From NCBI RefSeq assembly GCF_001194135.2, contig NC_068983.1, positions 92,472,331 through 92,536,330 of the forward strand: a stretch of DNA of 64,000 bases, given 5' to 3'. The stretch is from Octopus bimaculoides. Taxonomy: Eukaryota. The notes below the pieces were generated by a model. It had not been told where the DNA came from. It searched no databases and worked only from the letters and a program-made list of their open reading frames with translations. How positions within the stretch are numbered: position 1 is the first letter of the stretch; each line of letters starts with the position of its first letter. Shown one piece after another: positions 47,760 to 61,499 of this stretch. The position numbers and the translations under genes were made by a program.

Positions 47760-48870
47760 CATCATCATAATCATCATCATCATCATCATTTAACGTCCGC
47801 TTTCCATGCTAGCATGGGTTGGACGATTTGACTGAGGACTGGTGAACCAGATGGCTACACCAGGCTCCAATCTGATTTGGCAGAGTTTCTACAGCTGGAT
47901 GCCCTTCCTAAAGCCAACCCCTCCAAGAGTGTAGTGGGTGCTTATACGTGCCACCGGCACGAAGGCCAGTCAGGCGGTACTGGCAACGGCCATGCTCGAA
48001 ATGGTGTATTTTACGTGCTACCTGCACAGGAGCNNNNNNNNNNNNNNNNNNNNNNNNNNNNNNNNNNNNNNNNNNNNNNNNNNNNNNNNNNNNNNNNNNN
48101 NNNNNNNNNNNNNNNNNNNNNNNNNNNNNNNNNNNNNNNNNNNNNNNNNNNNNNNNNNNNNNNNNNNNNNNNNNNNNNNNNNNNNNNNNNNNNNNNNNNN
48201 NNNNNNNNNNNNNNNNNNNNNNNNNNNNNNNNNNNNNNNNNNNNNNNNNNNNNNNNNNNNNNNNNNNNNNNNNNNNNNNNNNNNNNNNNNNNNNNNNNNN
48301 NNNNNNNNNNNNNNNNNNNNNNNNNNNNNNNNNNNNNNNNNNNNNNNNNNNNNNNNNNNNNNNNNNNNNNNNNNNNNNNNNNNNNNNNNNNNNNNNNNNN
48401 NNNNNNNNNNNNNNNNNNNNNNNNNNNNNNNNNNNNNNNNNNNNNNNNNNNNAATGTTCGGAGGTCGTGCTTCACCACCTCATCCCAGGTCTTCCTGGGC
48501 CTGCCTCTTCCACGGGTTCCCTCAACCACTAGAGTGTGGCACTTTTTCACACAGCTATCCTCATCCATTTTTGCCACATGTCCATATCAGCGCAATCGTC
48601 TCTCTTGCACACCACAACTGATGCTTCTTATGTTCAACTTTTCTCTCAAGATACTTACACTCTGTCGAGTATGCACACTGACATTACTCATCGATCGGAG
48701 AATACTGGCTTCATTCCTTTCGAGCTTACACATGTCCTCAGCAGTCACAGCCCATGTTTCACTGCCATGTAGCATGGCTGTTCGTACACATGCGTCATAC
48801 AGTCTGCCTTTTACTCTGAGCGAGAGGCCCTTTGTCGCCAGCAGAGGTAAGAGCTCTCTGAACTTTGTCC
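47760..48870 (-). mobile_element. RTE-type LINE 3' end spanning an assembly gap
   Basis: LHGSETWAVT, VQERRLR and GRGRPRKTW motifs plus the (GAT)n tail. Confidence 0.9.
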
Positions 48871-50201
48871 TCTTCAGTATGGAAAAGTATATCAATATAC
48901 TGTTGTGTCTGGGGAGAGTCATTTTCTTATTGTGCCTTAAAATTTAACACACTCACCGGTAAAATATACACTTATTTCTCATTTTTATTTTCCTAAAATT
49001 TTTGTTGCGTCTTGCAACCTTTTCAATAGTCTTGAAAATTTTCCCTAAATTTTAAAATCTCAAAATCTGTGACAGCAAACGAAAATATTTTTCTTTCTCT
49101 ATTTGTCTATCACATTAATTTTCCACTTTGGTGTGGGGTGAAGCTTAAAAATTTAAATTACAAATTTTTTGTTTTTGTTTTTGCTTAAATCCCAGCTATA
49201 GGCCACACTTGAGCTAAACAAAACCATCACTTCTGCACCATCATTCCATAAAATGTGTTTATGGCAAGAAAAATATTGAAAAACTTTAATACATGTCATA
49301 GTGACAAAGAAACAAAGATGGTGCCAGGTGGTCATAGGATGTACTAGAAACAACAGCTAAATCTCCCATAAATTACACACCTTTTTGTTGGGACTACAGT
49401 TACTTGAAGCAATTCTAATATTTTACCATTATACATTTCATCAGATCAAGATTGGTGAAAAACAAAGTTGATTTTGATGGAATTTGAATTTGGAACATAA
49501 AAACATGTAATAACACTCCCATGGTTAAGAGTAGTAGCTCCATCATAGTTAAGATCTAGTAGCTCCATCGTCATCATCATCATCATCGCCATAATCATTT
49601 AACATCTGTCTTCCATGCTGGCATGGGTCGGTGAGTTTGACAGAAGCTGGCAAGCCAAAGAACTGCATCAAGCTCCAATGTCTGCTTTGGCATGGTTTTT
49701 ATGAGTGGGTGCCTTTCCTAATGCTGACCACTTTAGAAAGTGGACTGGGTGCTTTTTTACATGACAACAGCACTGGCGAAGTCACCAAATAACTTGCAAG
49801 ACAAAGACCCTTTGAGAGGTGGGTGGTATTGAAGGAGGTGGTTTTGTGCTAGGTGATGAGAGGTTAGTGTATAACAGAGGGACTGGAACAGTGTCTTGCA
49901 CCTTGTAAATATAATTGCTATCTAAGATTTTGATTTCCTGTTTTTGCAAATTAGATGGCTAATGGCAAATCCATTTTCATAATTGAATACCTTCTCCCCC
50001 ATAATTCTAGCTATACCCATGAATAATAATAATGATTTTAACATAGATATAGGAATGAGGCTGGTAATCCCTTCATCCAATCTCAGGATGCAATGGTATT
50101 ATCTTATTCATCCCTGAAAGAATGAGTGAAAATTGACTTTGACAAGATTTGTACTCTAGTAGCTAGTGATTTCTAACATAGGCACAAAAGAGAAGTGTAT
50201 A

Positions 50202-52770
50202 CAGACATACCTTGACTTAAGTCGTTTCGATTTAAGTCATTTTCGATTATACATTTCAAAAATAATATATGGAAAAAGTTAAGTCATTTTACTCAGCTTT
50301 CCGTATGTCCACCACAAATATTGGAATCGTAAAATCACTAGAAAAGTGTTAAAAGCACATGAAATCATGTTACTGTACAATAAATAAAAATATAAGCATC
50401 TAAAATCATATTAAAATATGTACAGTAAATGTTAAAATACACACCATGAAGTAGTGAAGCTTAGTGAGCAAAATGATGAAATCAGCTGTGTTGTCTTATT
50501 TTCAGTCTATCAGAGCTCATATTGCACTATAGTTCCAATATCTACCATTAGGCATCATTGTAACTTGTAATTCCCATGATTGTCTTGAATTCAGATTTTT
50601 TTACATCTGTTTATCGGCTACTTTCTCATTCTCATTCATTTGTGACTTTATTTTTTGCCCCCATGGCTCCTAAGAAAATTCATGGTGAAAGTGCTAAGCG
50701 TCATGCTATAATGTTGGAAAATAACTTGGCTATGATAAAACTCCATGAAAAAGGCGAAAAAGTGGTAGCAATTGCACAATCTTTTGGGATGAGTTGGACA
50801 GCTGTATCAATGATTGTACATAATAAAGGCAAGATTTTAGCACATATCAAATCTGAAGCCCCAGGGATGAAGAATACTGTCATCAATAAGAAAAGAGGCA
50901 AAATCTTTGAAGAAATGGGTGTTCTTACTCTTTGGATTGTTAGGTTGAATCATCAGCGTGCTATTATTAGTCAAGAAATCATTCAAGTGAAAGCGTTTTT
51001 GTTTGAGGACCCGAAGAAAAAATATCCAGATGAGAAAGATGTATAGTTGAAGGCAAGTCAAGGATGGTTCATGAGATTTAAGGAGCTAAGAAGTTATCAC
51101 CCCATTAAGAAGCAAGGGGAAAGTGCGTCAGCTGACGAACAAGCAGCAGCAGAATTTACTAATGTATTAAAGAAAATTACCAAAGAAAACGGGTTTCTTC
51201 CCAAACAGATTTTTAGTGTAGATGAAACTGGATTGTAATGGAAAAAATTGCCAGACCATTCATTCATTTCCAAGGAGGAGAAAACTATTCAGGCTACAAG
51301 GTCTCAAAAGAATGTGTGATCACTATGTTGAGAGGTAATTGTGCAGGAGATTTTAAGTTAAAGCCATTGCTTGTGTATCATGCACACAACCCCCATGTCC
51401 TGAAGAACATACCCAAGGCATCTCTCCCTGTTATATGGATGGCTTATTCAAAAGCATGGGTTACTGTTGTTGTTTTTGAAGATTGGTTCGTCGATCATTT
51501 TATCCCAGCAGCAGAGAAGTACTGTAAGGAGAAGGGAATTCCTTTTAAGGTTTTACTTACCTTAGATATAATGCTCCTGGCCACCTGCAAAACATCATAG
51601 ATTTTGATCCCAACGTTACCATCGTATACCTCCCTCCAAACACCACGTCTCTTCTGCAGGAAATAATTGCTATCTTCAAGCGTTACTATATGAAGCATAT
51701 GCTGCAGCAAGCAATAGCTGCAACTGATCTTGATAAATCCATCACACTTTGTGACTTTTGGAAGAGATACGATATCTACAAGACTGTACAGAACATAACA
51801 GCAGCATGGAATGATGTACAGAGCACGGCTATGAATGGTGTATGGAAGAAGCTTTGCCCGCAATTCGTGAATGATTTTAAGTGGGTTGATAATGTTGCCA
51901 TCCACAAAACGTTGGTGACTATGAGCAAAAAACTGGAAATAGATTTGGAGGAGGAGGATTTTACAGGTTTATTTGAAAAAGACAAGCAGTCCCTGATGAA
52001 TGAGAATCTGATAGAGCTTCATGAGTAGCAAAATAAAGAAAAGGCAGTTGAACCTGAGCAACGTCAACTTTACCATTAAGAAAATGCAGCAAGTATTTGC
52101 GTATATCAAGAAAGGTCTTTCTGTTTGAGGATATGGATCCAAATGCTCTACACTTTCCCAAGATTATGGGGGCTTGTCACGAAACTTTTGCTCTTTATAA
52201 TGTAATCCTTGAGGAAATGAAGAAGACAGTTCAAAGAACTCTCAACCAGTTTTTAAGCACATTAAACAAAAACAGCCAGAGTCAGCTGTTGATGTTAACA
52301 ATCTACAGCCATCTACAACCACGATGTAAACCACCAAATTGTCTGTACATATTGGTAAATAAGTTTTTTTATTATTTCAAAATAATAATCATTACTGAAT
52401 TTGCTTTTTAAGCTTAAAAAAGGCTTTTATTTTACTACGTCTTATTGCAAACCGCATTCATAAATAAAGCGTCCGCGATGTACAGTAAACACTGCCAAAT
52501 TGTATTTGTAAATTTAGATAACTTTTTTTTTACTGTATTAAAAAAATTAAAATTATATGTTTGTAAGCTTAAAATGGGTTTTTACTAACCATGTATTATT
52601 GAAAATGCATTCATAAATAAAGTACAGAACTGGGAATGGTTATTATTGGTTTTGCCTAGAGACAAGTAAATCCAGCCTAGCCTAGAGACAAGTTAATTCA
52701 ACTTAAGTTGTTTTTCGACTTAAGTCGTGTCTCCTGGAATCAATTAATGACATAGGGTGAAGTATGCCTG
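50202..52770 (+). mobile_element. Full-length decayed Tigger/pogo DNA transposon
   Basis: TA-flanked termini CAGACATAC / GTATGCCTG. Transposase from ATG 50663 (MAPKK) with CENP-B-type HTH (ASQGWFMRFK) and DDE motifs (VDETGL, LTLD, PNTTSLLQ); stops and frameshifts. Confidence 0.92.
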
Positions 52771-53124
52771 TAGTCAATTGTAGTGACTCCAGTATGTGAC
52801 TAGTATTTTATTTTGTTGGTCCCTACTTCCCCAGAAGTATGAAAGACAAAGCTGACCTTGGTGAGATTTGATCTCAGAATGTAAAATCATTTAACTAAAT
52901 ACTGCAAATTATTTTGTCTAGAGTGCCACTGATTCTGCCGTTCAGAATGCCAGTTTTGTAGGTATCTGAATTAATAGTAAGATATTTCTGTATGAGAGCT
53001 TCCCCTCACTATGTTAGAATGATTAGCTTTTCTTGATTCATGCCAAATGAGAGCTTCCTAAGTCTCAGTTAGATATACCTCTGCTAGAATATTTGTTTGT
53101 TATCTACTACTAGTGTTATTGAAG

Positions 53125-53330
53125 CTGAGCAAGGCAGTGGGTTGGCAGAATCATTAGTATACCAGACAAAATGCTCAGTGACATTTAGTTTGTCTTTATG
53201 TTCTGAGTTCAAATTCTTCGCCTTTCATCTTTTTGAGGTCAACAAAATAAATACCAGTTGAGCACAGGGATCAATGTAATCATCTAATCCCCACCTCAAA
53301 ATTTCAGGCCTTGTGCCTAATGTAGATTAT
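53125..53330 (+). mobile_element. tRNA-type SINE (third family); degenerate copies also near 232-365, 2400-3275, 36290-36650 and 52790-52930
   Basis: tggcagaatcattag...gttctgagttcaaat...gcctttcatc...ccttgtgccta, with an A/B-box-like head. Confidence 0.7.
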
Positions 53331-53439
53331 TAAAGCTGAGTTTATTAACTCTAGACCAAACAGTAAAATCATAAACTGGAGATTAAGAGAGAGAATGTGA
53401 GACAGAGTAATCATTACAAACATCATTGTTACTTTCTGT

Positions 53440-54270
53440 TATTTTATTAAAATCTGTTTTCATTTCACCGCAACTCGTAACTGCTTCAGAACTGCCAAGT
53501 AAAATGTCTGGTTAACAATTCGACCAGGAGGAACAGATTCTTTGTGGACAATTCCTTTCGTCTCAATGAAACAAATCAGCATTGTCTTGACATTGGACTT
53601 TACTTGACACAGTTTTTTGAGGTGTGGTAACATTGAATGCTCCCATTGACTTGATTGCTGCTTCATTTCCAGCTCATAGCCATAGCACCAGCTTTTGTCA
53701 CCAGTGATGACCTTCAAAAAAAGATCCAAATCAACTTTCAACTGTTCTTTCAGTTCACAATATGAATTCAGTCATGACTACTTTTGATTTTCCATGAGCA
53801 AACAAGCCACAAATTTTGCTGCAACTCTTTTTCATTTGCAATTCTTCACTCAAAATTCATTGACAGGAGCTCCAGGACACATCAGTCATATCTACAAGTT
53901 CATCAATTCTTTAGTGAGGGTCCTCCAAGATCAGTTCACAAATTTTTGTAATGTTTCATTTGTTCAAGAAGTTGACAGTTGCCTTGAATGAGGTTAGTCT
54001 TCAAGCGACAAGTGACCATTCCTAAAGCATGGAAACCACTTGTAAACTTGTGTTTTACTCAAGTATCCTTGTAAGTTGTTAGAAGCATGACAACTGTTTC
54101 AGTCACCATTTTCCTCAGCAGAAAACAGAATTTCACGGAAGCATGTTTTTCCTTCATTTCAGTCATTGCAAAAATCAATGAACAGGGGAGAAGCACTGCA
54201 AAACAAAGATGCACCATGTGGCAGTATGACACCAATCAATGATGCTGGTTGGCAGACAGATGCTTGAGGT
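53440..54270 (-). mobile_element. Mariner fragment
   Basis: VITGDKSWCYGYE, KSNVKTMLICF, GIVHKESVPPG remnants. Confidence 0.85.
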
Positions 54271-55314
54271 TTACATCAAGTGACTTCTAGCCGTGGAAGC
54301 CTGAACTATCACAGGCTTGTCTCACAGAGAACGTTTCTGGTTACTTTTGGGTATCCCCTTGTATGCATGGTCGGATCTGTGTATTTTAGTATGTACAGAG
54401 TCTCTGTGTTCCCCACTTCCTTTCTCATCTCTCTTTTCTCCTCCTATTCCATTCTTTGTATGTATGTACGTATGTATGTATGTATGTATGTATGTGTGTA
54501 TGTGTGTGTGTGTGTGTGTGTGTATTTTGAGGTAGGTTATCACTATCACGATCGCAAATAAAAAATATAGCAGAGGATGAAACACACAACATGTCTTTCA
54601 TATTAGACCTGATGCTAATGACTGCCACTGCGTGCCGTCTGATGGAGCGGTTACACGCAGCCAGAGGTACAGTGCATAGGTCCCACCCACAGCAACAAGT
54701 GGGGGATCACAATACAGAAAAATAGATTGGATTCTATTTTACTTCGCTAAATTCTTACTTAATCATGTTACGTAGAGTTTCGGCATTTTGTAAATTATAA
54801 TTGATTGATGTTACTTAATCGTTTACTTGCCACTTGCAATAAATTCCATGGTCACACAAGGACAGATGTTTAAACCGTGTTAAAGTAAAAAAAAAAAAAA
54901 GTACTCCAAAGTACTGTTGCTGACTGAATATCTCTCGTTGTGAGATTTAAAAATGGTAATTTTCTAAAACAAATAGTGCAAAAAAATAATCAGTTCATTT
55001 TATTGGACTGTATTATTTCAAAACCATGCAAAAAGAGAATTGAGTGTATATATTTATCATCATCATCATCAAGCATCCACTTTCCATACTGGTATGGGTT
55101 AGATAATTTGACTGGAACAGGTAATCCAGAGAGCTGTACCAAGTACCAGTTTCATTTCGGCTTGTTTTCTATGGCTTGATGCCCTTCCTAACATCAATAA
55201 CTCTAAGAGTGTAGTGGGTGCCTTTAATATGTCACTGGTACAGGTGCTTTTACATGTTACTGACACCTGCCACAACTATGATTTCACTTGATGAGCACAG
55301 CAAATCACCAAGCC

Positions 55315-57078
55315 TTGGAGAGAAATAATTATAGAGCAAGACAGGATGCCCCTGGGAGCTCCTCTATATTGATGACCTTGCGCTAATTGCTCAGTCACTA
55401 TAAGAACTAGAGGAGAAGTTTCAGGCGTGGAAGCAAAGACTAGAATTGAAGGGCCTTAGAGTCAATCTAGCTAAAACCAAAGTTCTAATAAGTAGGAAGG
55501 TAGACAAAACACAGACCCCTTCAGGTAGATGGCCCTGCTCAATCTGTAGAAAAGGCGTAGGTAGAAACTCTACAAGATGTACTCAGTATAAGCTATGGAC
55601 ACATAAAGGGGTGCAGCAATATCAAAGGAAGGCTAACTAGCAAGATAGTTTTTATATGTGGCAGATGTTGAGGAGCAATGCACACTGAAAATGTGCAGAA
55701 AACAACTTTTGCCACATTCCAGGGAGAAAAAGTAGAAGTAGTTGATTGCTTCCGTTATTTAGGTGACCAAGTTAGTAGCAGGGGGAGGGTGCGCTGAAAA
55801 TGTACTTGCTAGAATAAGAATAGCCTGGGAAAAGTTCAGAGAGCTCTTACCTCTGCTGGTGACAAAGGGCCTCTTGCTCAGAGTAAAAGGCAGACTGTAT
55901 GACACATGTGTACAGCCATGCTTCATGGCAGTGAAGCATGGGCTGTAACTGCTGAATACATGCGTGAGCTCGCAAGGAATGAAGCCAGTATGCTCCGATG
56001 GATGTGTAATGTCAGTGTGCATACTAGACAGAGTGTTAGTACCTTGAGAGAAACGTTAGACCTAAGAAGCATCAGTTGTGGTGTGCAAGGGAGACGATTG
56101 TGCTGGTATGGTCTTGTGGCAAGAATGGATGAGGATAGCTGTGTGAAAAAGTGTCACACTCTAGCAGTTGAGGGAACCTGTGGAAGAGGTAGACCCAGGA
56201 AGACCTGGGATGATGTGGTGAAGCACGACCTTCGAACATTAGGCCTCACCGAGGCAATGACTTGTGACTGAGACCTTTGGAAATATGCTGTGCGTGAAAA
56301 AGACCCGGCAAGCCAAGTGGGACCATAATCCGAGGCCTCCGCCAAGGATGTAGCCAGCCCACTTACGCGTACCTTTCCTTCATTGGACACTAAACTCTGC
56401 TTGCGAAGACCTGTTGAGGCAAGTGAAATCGAAATCGAACTAAATTCGACNNNNNNNNNNNNNNNNNNNNNNNNNNNNNNNNNNNNNNNNNNNNNNNNNN
56501 NNNNNNNNNNNNNNNNNNNNNNNNNNNNNNNNNNNNNNNNNNNNNNNNNNNNNNNNNNNNNNNNNNNNNNNNNNNNNNNNNNNNNNNNNNNNNNNNNNNN
56601 NNNNNNNNNNNNNNNNNNNNNNNNNNNNNNNNNNNNNNNNNNNNNNNNNNNNNNNNNNNNNNNNNNNNNNNNNNNNNNNNNNNNNNNNNNNNNNNNNNNN
56701 NNNNNNNNNNNNNNNNNNNNNNNNNNNNNNNNNNNNNNNNNNNNNNNNNNNNNNNTGTATCGGTGGCATGTGAAAAAACATTCGAGCGAGGTTGTTGCGA
56801 GTGCTGCTGGACTGGCTCCTGTGCAGGTGGCACATAAAAAACACCATTTTGAGCGTGGCCATTGCCAGTACCGCCTGACTGGCCCTCGTGCCGGTGGCAC
56901 ATGAAATCACCCACTACACTCTCAGAGTGTTTGGCATTAGGAAGGGCATCCAGCTGTAGAAACTCTGCCAGATCAGATTGGAGCCTGGTGCAGCCATCTG
57001 GTTCGCCAGTCCTCAGTCAAATCGTGCAACCCATGCTAGCATGGAAAGCGGACGTTAAACGATGATGGTGATGATGAT
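55315..57078 (+). mobile_element. RTE-type LINE 3' portion with (GAT)n tail, spanning a gap
   Basis: PWELLYIDDL, VNLAKTKV, GRGRPRKTW, then a 3' UTR and tail. Confidence 0.9.
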
Positions 57079-57119
57079 GTATCAAATTGTTGGATCAGGT
57101 GATGAAAGTTACAGAAAGA

Positions 57120-57380
57120 GTCATTAAAATAAATAAATGCGTCCTTTTAAAGCCTAGCCAAGTTCATGGGCCCGGTTTCCCGGTTTCTATGGCGTAGGTA
57201 TTTCCCAGCTGGGACGCCAGTCCATTGAAGTGTTACTCATTTTTGCCAGCTGAGTGGACTGGAGCAACATGAAATAAAGTGTTTTGCTCAAGAACACAAC
57301 GCTTCGCCCGGTCAAGGAATCGAAACTACAATCTTACTATTATGATGCTGACTGACACCCTAACCATTAGACCATGCACC
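57120..57380 (-). mobile_element. tRNA-type SINE (second family)
   Basis: Reverse-complement similarity to 60349-60660. Confidence 0.6.
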
Positions 57381-57394
57381 TCCACACAGAGTGG

Positions 57395-58610
57395 GTCATA
57401 GCCCAACTAATTTGGAAAAAAGTTAGTCTAGATGAAATGCAGTTTAGTTTTGTGCTAAGGAGAAGCATCACAGATGCTGTATTCCTGGTAAGGCAGCCAC
57501 AAGAGAAGTACCCAGCCAAAATAAACCGCTGTACTTGGCTTCTGTTGACATGGAGAAAGCCTTCAGTAGGATCCCCTACACCCTTATCTGGTGATCAATG
57601 CAGAAACTAGGGTGTTGTACAAGCCATGTACAAGGATGCTGTCAGTAAGATGAGGGTTGGCAACAAGTATAGTAATGAATTCAGGGTACAAGTAAGAGCT
57701 CACCAAGGATCAGTCCTCAGGCCCCTCCTGTTCATTATAGCTCTCCAGGCAGTAACAGAGGAATTTAAGTCAAACTGCCCCTGGGAGCTCCTCTATACTG
57801 ATGATATTGTTCTTACAGGTGAATCACTACCAGAACTAGAGAAGAAATTTCAGGTGTGGAAACAAAGTCTAGAAATCAAAGGTCTAGACTGAAAGAGTTA
57901 CCAAAGTTTTAGTAGGTAGGAAAGTGAACAAACCACAAATCCCTTCAGGTAGATGGCCCTGCTCGATATCTAGAAAAGGTGTAGGTAGAACCTCTATAAT
58001 ATGTTCCCAGTGCAAGTTATGGACACATAAGAGGTGCAGGAATATTAGAGAAAGGTTAACAGGAAAATTAGTCTTTGTGTGTGGCAGATGTACAGGTATG
58101 ATAAGCACTAGAAATGTACAGAAAATAGACCCCATCAAATGCCAGGAGGGATACCTAGAAGTAGTTGATAGCTTCCATTATGTAAGTGACCCATTCAACA
58201 GTAGAGGTGGAAGCTCTGAGAGCGTATCTGCTAGAATAAGAATAGACTGGGCAAAGTTCAGAGAGCATCTACCTTAGAGTAAAAACCAGGTTGCATGATG
58301 CCTGTGTGTGAACAGCCATGCTACACAGCAGTGAAACATAGGTTGTGACTGCAGAGGACATGTGAAGGCTTGAAAGAAATGAAGCTAGTATATTTTGCTG
58401 GATGTGCAATGTCAGTGTGCAGGTACAACAGAGTGTAAGCACCTTGAGAGAAAAAATTGGCATAAGAGGCATCAGATGTGGTGTGCAAGAGAGCTGGACA
58501 AGTACAGCTGTGTAAAGATGTGTCGATCTCTGTAGAAAAAGAAGACATGGGATGAGGTGGTGAAGCACGATCTTCGATAGTTAGGTCTCTCAGAAGCAAT
58601 GTCAAGTGAT
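57395..58610 (+). mobile_element. RTE-type LINE ORF2 fragment
   Basis: HQGSVLRPLLF, CPWELLYTDD, FVCGRC motifs. Confidence 0.88.
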
Positions 58611-59611
58611 ATATCTATACTACAATAAGAGCCGCATCCATCTGTCCGTCACATTTTTCTTCAGTAAAAGAGAAAGAGTGAGAGAGAGTGAGTGAGTGGT
58701 GAGTGAAAGGAAGAGAGGAAAAATGTTTATCTGTATATTCAGAGTAGACTGATACATACAAAGAAAAATAGGTACATAGATTTAAAAAAAGCAGATAGAT
58801 AGACACATACACACATTGTTAAATTAAAAGCAAGAGAAAGGAGGGACGCAGAGGAAGTGAGAGAGACAGTAGATACATAGATAAAATGAAAAGAAAAGTT
58901 GGTACATAGATACATACTCAGATTGCAGTATTCTAACTGTGGGCGACATTGGGGACTCTTTTCTCTTATCTGTTGCTCTTTCAGCAATTGATACTCCAAC
59001 AAAACATCTATGCAGTTGCCCGACTTGTGACCAATAGCAACCAAATCTCCTTCAAATGATACCCTCCTGTGTTAGTTTTATCTCAGGCAACATTGTTGGA
59101 TTTTAATAAGACAGCAGGGTAATGCCATTAGTAGGATAGGAAGGAAGATGAGAGAAAATAAAATGAAATAATTATTCAAAATACAATAAAGGTAGAAGTA
59201 CAAAGAGGTTTAATTTTCTGTAATAGGTTGATGGGTAATAAAAATTTTTGAGGTTCACAGATATGAAAGCTTTAAAGGTTCATGGATATCAAAGTCTGAA
59301 AGTTAAAGGAAGTGTGGAAGGTAATTCTATTTAAATTTATTACCTGTATGTTTTAATGAATATTTGGTCATTAAAATCCATACTAGAATAATGGATATGA
59401 AGCAGAATATATAGTGGTGTTTCAAAATAATTATGTGCACTGAGATTTGCAGATTAATTATTTAAAACAAACAGTTTAAAGATGAGTTTCAATAAGTACA
59501 CATTCTATTTCCATTTTATTAATTTTTGTCACGGATTTATCCTGTGTACAAAATATGTAGATGGATAGATGGACAGATAGATAGATAAATTTGTGTACAT
59601 ATATGCAAAAT

Positions 59612-59967
59612 TGGTTACTCTTTACTCTTACTCTTTTACTTGTTTCAGTCATTTGACTGTGGCCAGGCTGGAGCACTGCTTTTAGCCGAGCAAATCGACC
59701 CCAGGACTTATTCTATGTAAGCCTAGTACTTATTCTATCGGTCTCTTTTTGCCGAACCGCTAAGTTACAGGGACGTAAACACACCAGCATCGGTGACATA
59801 TATACGACAGGCTTCTTTCAGTTTCCGTCTACCAAATCCACTCACAAGGCTTTGGTCGGCCCGAGACTATAGTAGAAGACACTTGCCCAAGGTGCCACGC
59901 AGTGGGACTGAACCTGGAACCATGTGGTTCGTAAGCAAGCTACTTACCACACAGCCACTCCTTCGCC
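59612..59967 (-). mobile_element. Near full-length tRNA-type SINE with an (AGAGTA)n-like tail
   Basis: Head ggcgaaggagtggctgtgtggtaag...ggttcagtcccactgcg and tail aaagagtaagagta on the minus strand; many partial copies in the window. Confidence 0.8.
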
Positions 59968-60070
59968 TATGGTTATTGATACTTTCAATTACTTTTGGGT
60001 ATACGTGAGAAAAAATAGAACGTTAAACTACACATCGTTTAACTGGTGCCTTAGTATGTGTGTGTGTATG

Positions 60071-60116
<46 letters not shown>

Positions 60117-60303
60117 ATGTGTATATATGTATGTATGTTTACATACATATATGATCATCATATATGTGTATGTGTGAACATGTATGCATATATGTATGCC
60201 AATCTCTGTGGAAGAGGCAGACCCAGGAAGACATGGGATGAGGTGGTGAAGCATGATCTTCGAAAGTTGGGTCCCACAGAAGCAGTGACAAGTGATACAC
60301 ACG

Positions 60304-60338
<35 letters not shown>

Positions 60339-60348
60339 ATATATGTGA

Positions 60349-60660
60349 AGGCACATGGCTTAGTGGTTAGGGTATTCGACTCATAATCATAAGGTCATGA
60401 GTTCAATTCCCTGCGACACATTGTGTCCTTCAGCAAGACACTTTATTTCATGTTGCTCCAGTTCATTCAGCAGGCAAAACTGAGTAGTACCTGTATTTCC
60501 TTGTTACATTCTATGTCACGCTGAATCTCTCTGAGAATTACGTTAAGGGTAGGTGTGTCCGTGGAGTGATCAGCCACTTGCATGTTAATTTCATGAGCAA
60601 GCTGTTCCATTGACCAGATTAACTGGAACCCTCGTCATCATAACTGACAGAATGCCAGTT
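60349..60660 (+). mobile_element. tRNA-type SINE (second family)
   Basis: Head ggcacatggcttagtggttag...gagttcaattccc with A/B-box-like motifs. Confidence 0.7.
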
Positions 60661-60675
60661 CTATATATATGTATA

Positions 60676-61499
60676 TGTAGTGGACCTTGCATGCATGAAG
60701 TGGATTTGATCCACCATAGCCAAATTTAAATTAACACTGCGACAGAACCTTTCCCATGGTGGAACAATAGTTTTTCTCTGACAGCAGTTTAATATTTTCC
60801 AGATGCCTTTAGCTAGGCCGAAACAATGTCTTCACCACTTGACCCTTTCTAACCTCTTCTACATCACCAAAATCTAGAATAGAGATAACAAGACCACCAA
60901 CTAAATCTATTGTTCTCAATAATATATCTATCCTTCTAGATAGTTATAAAAACAAGAGACCCCAAGCAAAACGTCAGTAGTCACTTGGCGACGACAGAAC
61001 GAAGCAGCTAATGACAACTCAATTAGTTAGTGAATGGTCATCTACAGATATAGTCACAAGCGGGCAGTCACCTAAAGACAAAACGACCAGAAGGAGAAAA
61101 GAAGATTACAACCAGCCAACTATGAGACACAACGTCCCACGCTATACAACTTTGACTAGCTCATTTGCTTTTCTCGGTAACCTTACCCTATCTTTATCTG
61201 TTTACTTCTACAAGATCATGTACACACACATACAGGCTGAAATTAACTTTCTTTACCTTGCATGCTTCACAAACTGTGTTATACTATTACACTAACCTAC
61301 CTGTCGTGGTATGGCATTTATTAAAGTAACGGTAAATAAATATTTCTTTATAACATTATCGTTAAAATTGGTAACCTCCGACTTTAACAACTACCATTAC
61401 AATTGGTGACCCTCGGCAACAATTAAAACTTATAACCGTTACAATTGGTAGACCCGAACAAGAGAATTACTGCAATAGCAACCAATCTCAACCGTTACA
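60676..61499 (+). mobile_element. Solo LTR (~824 bp) inserted in a (TA)n microsatellite
   Basis: TGTAG...GTTACA termini, TATA on both flanks, AATAAA at 61335-61340, no coding remnant. The TSD is weak evidence inside (TA)n. Confidence 0.7.
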
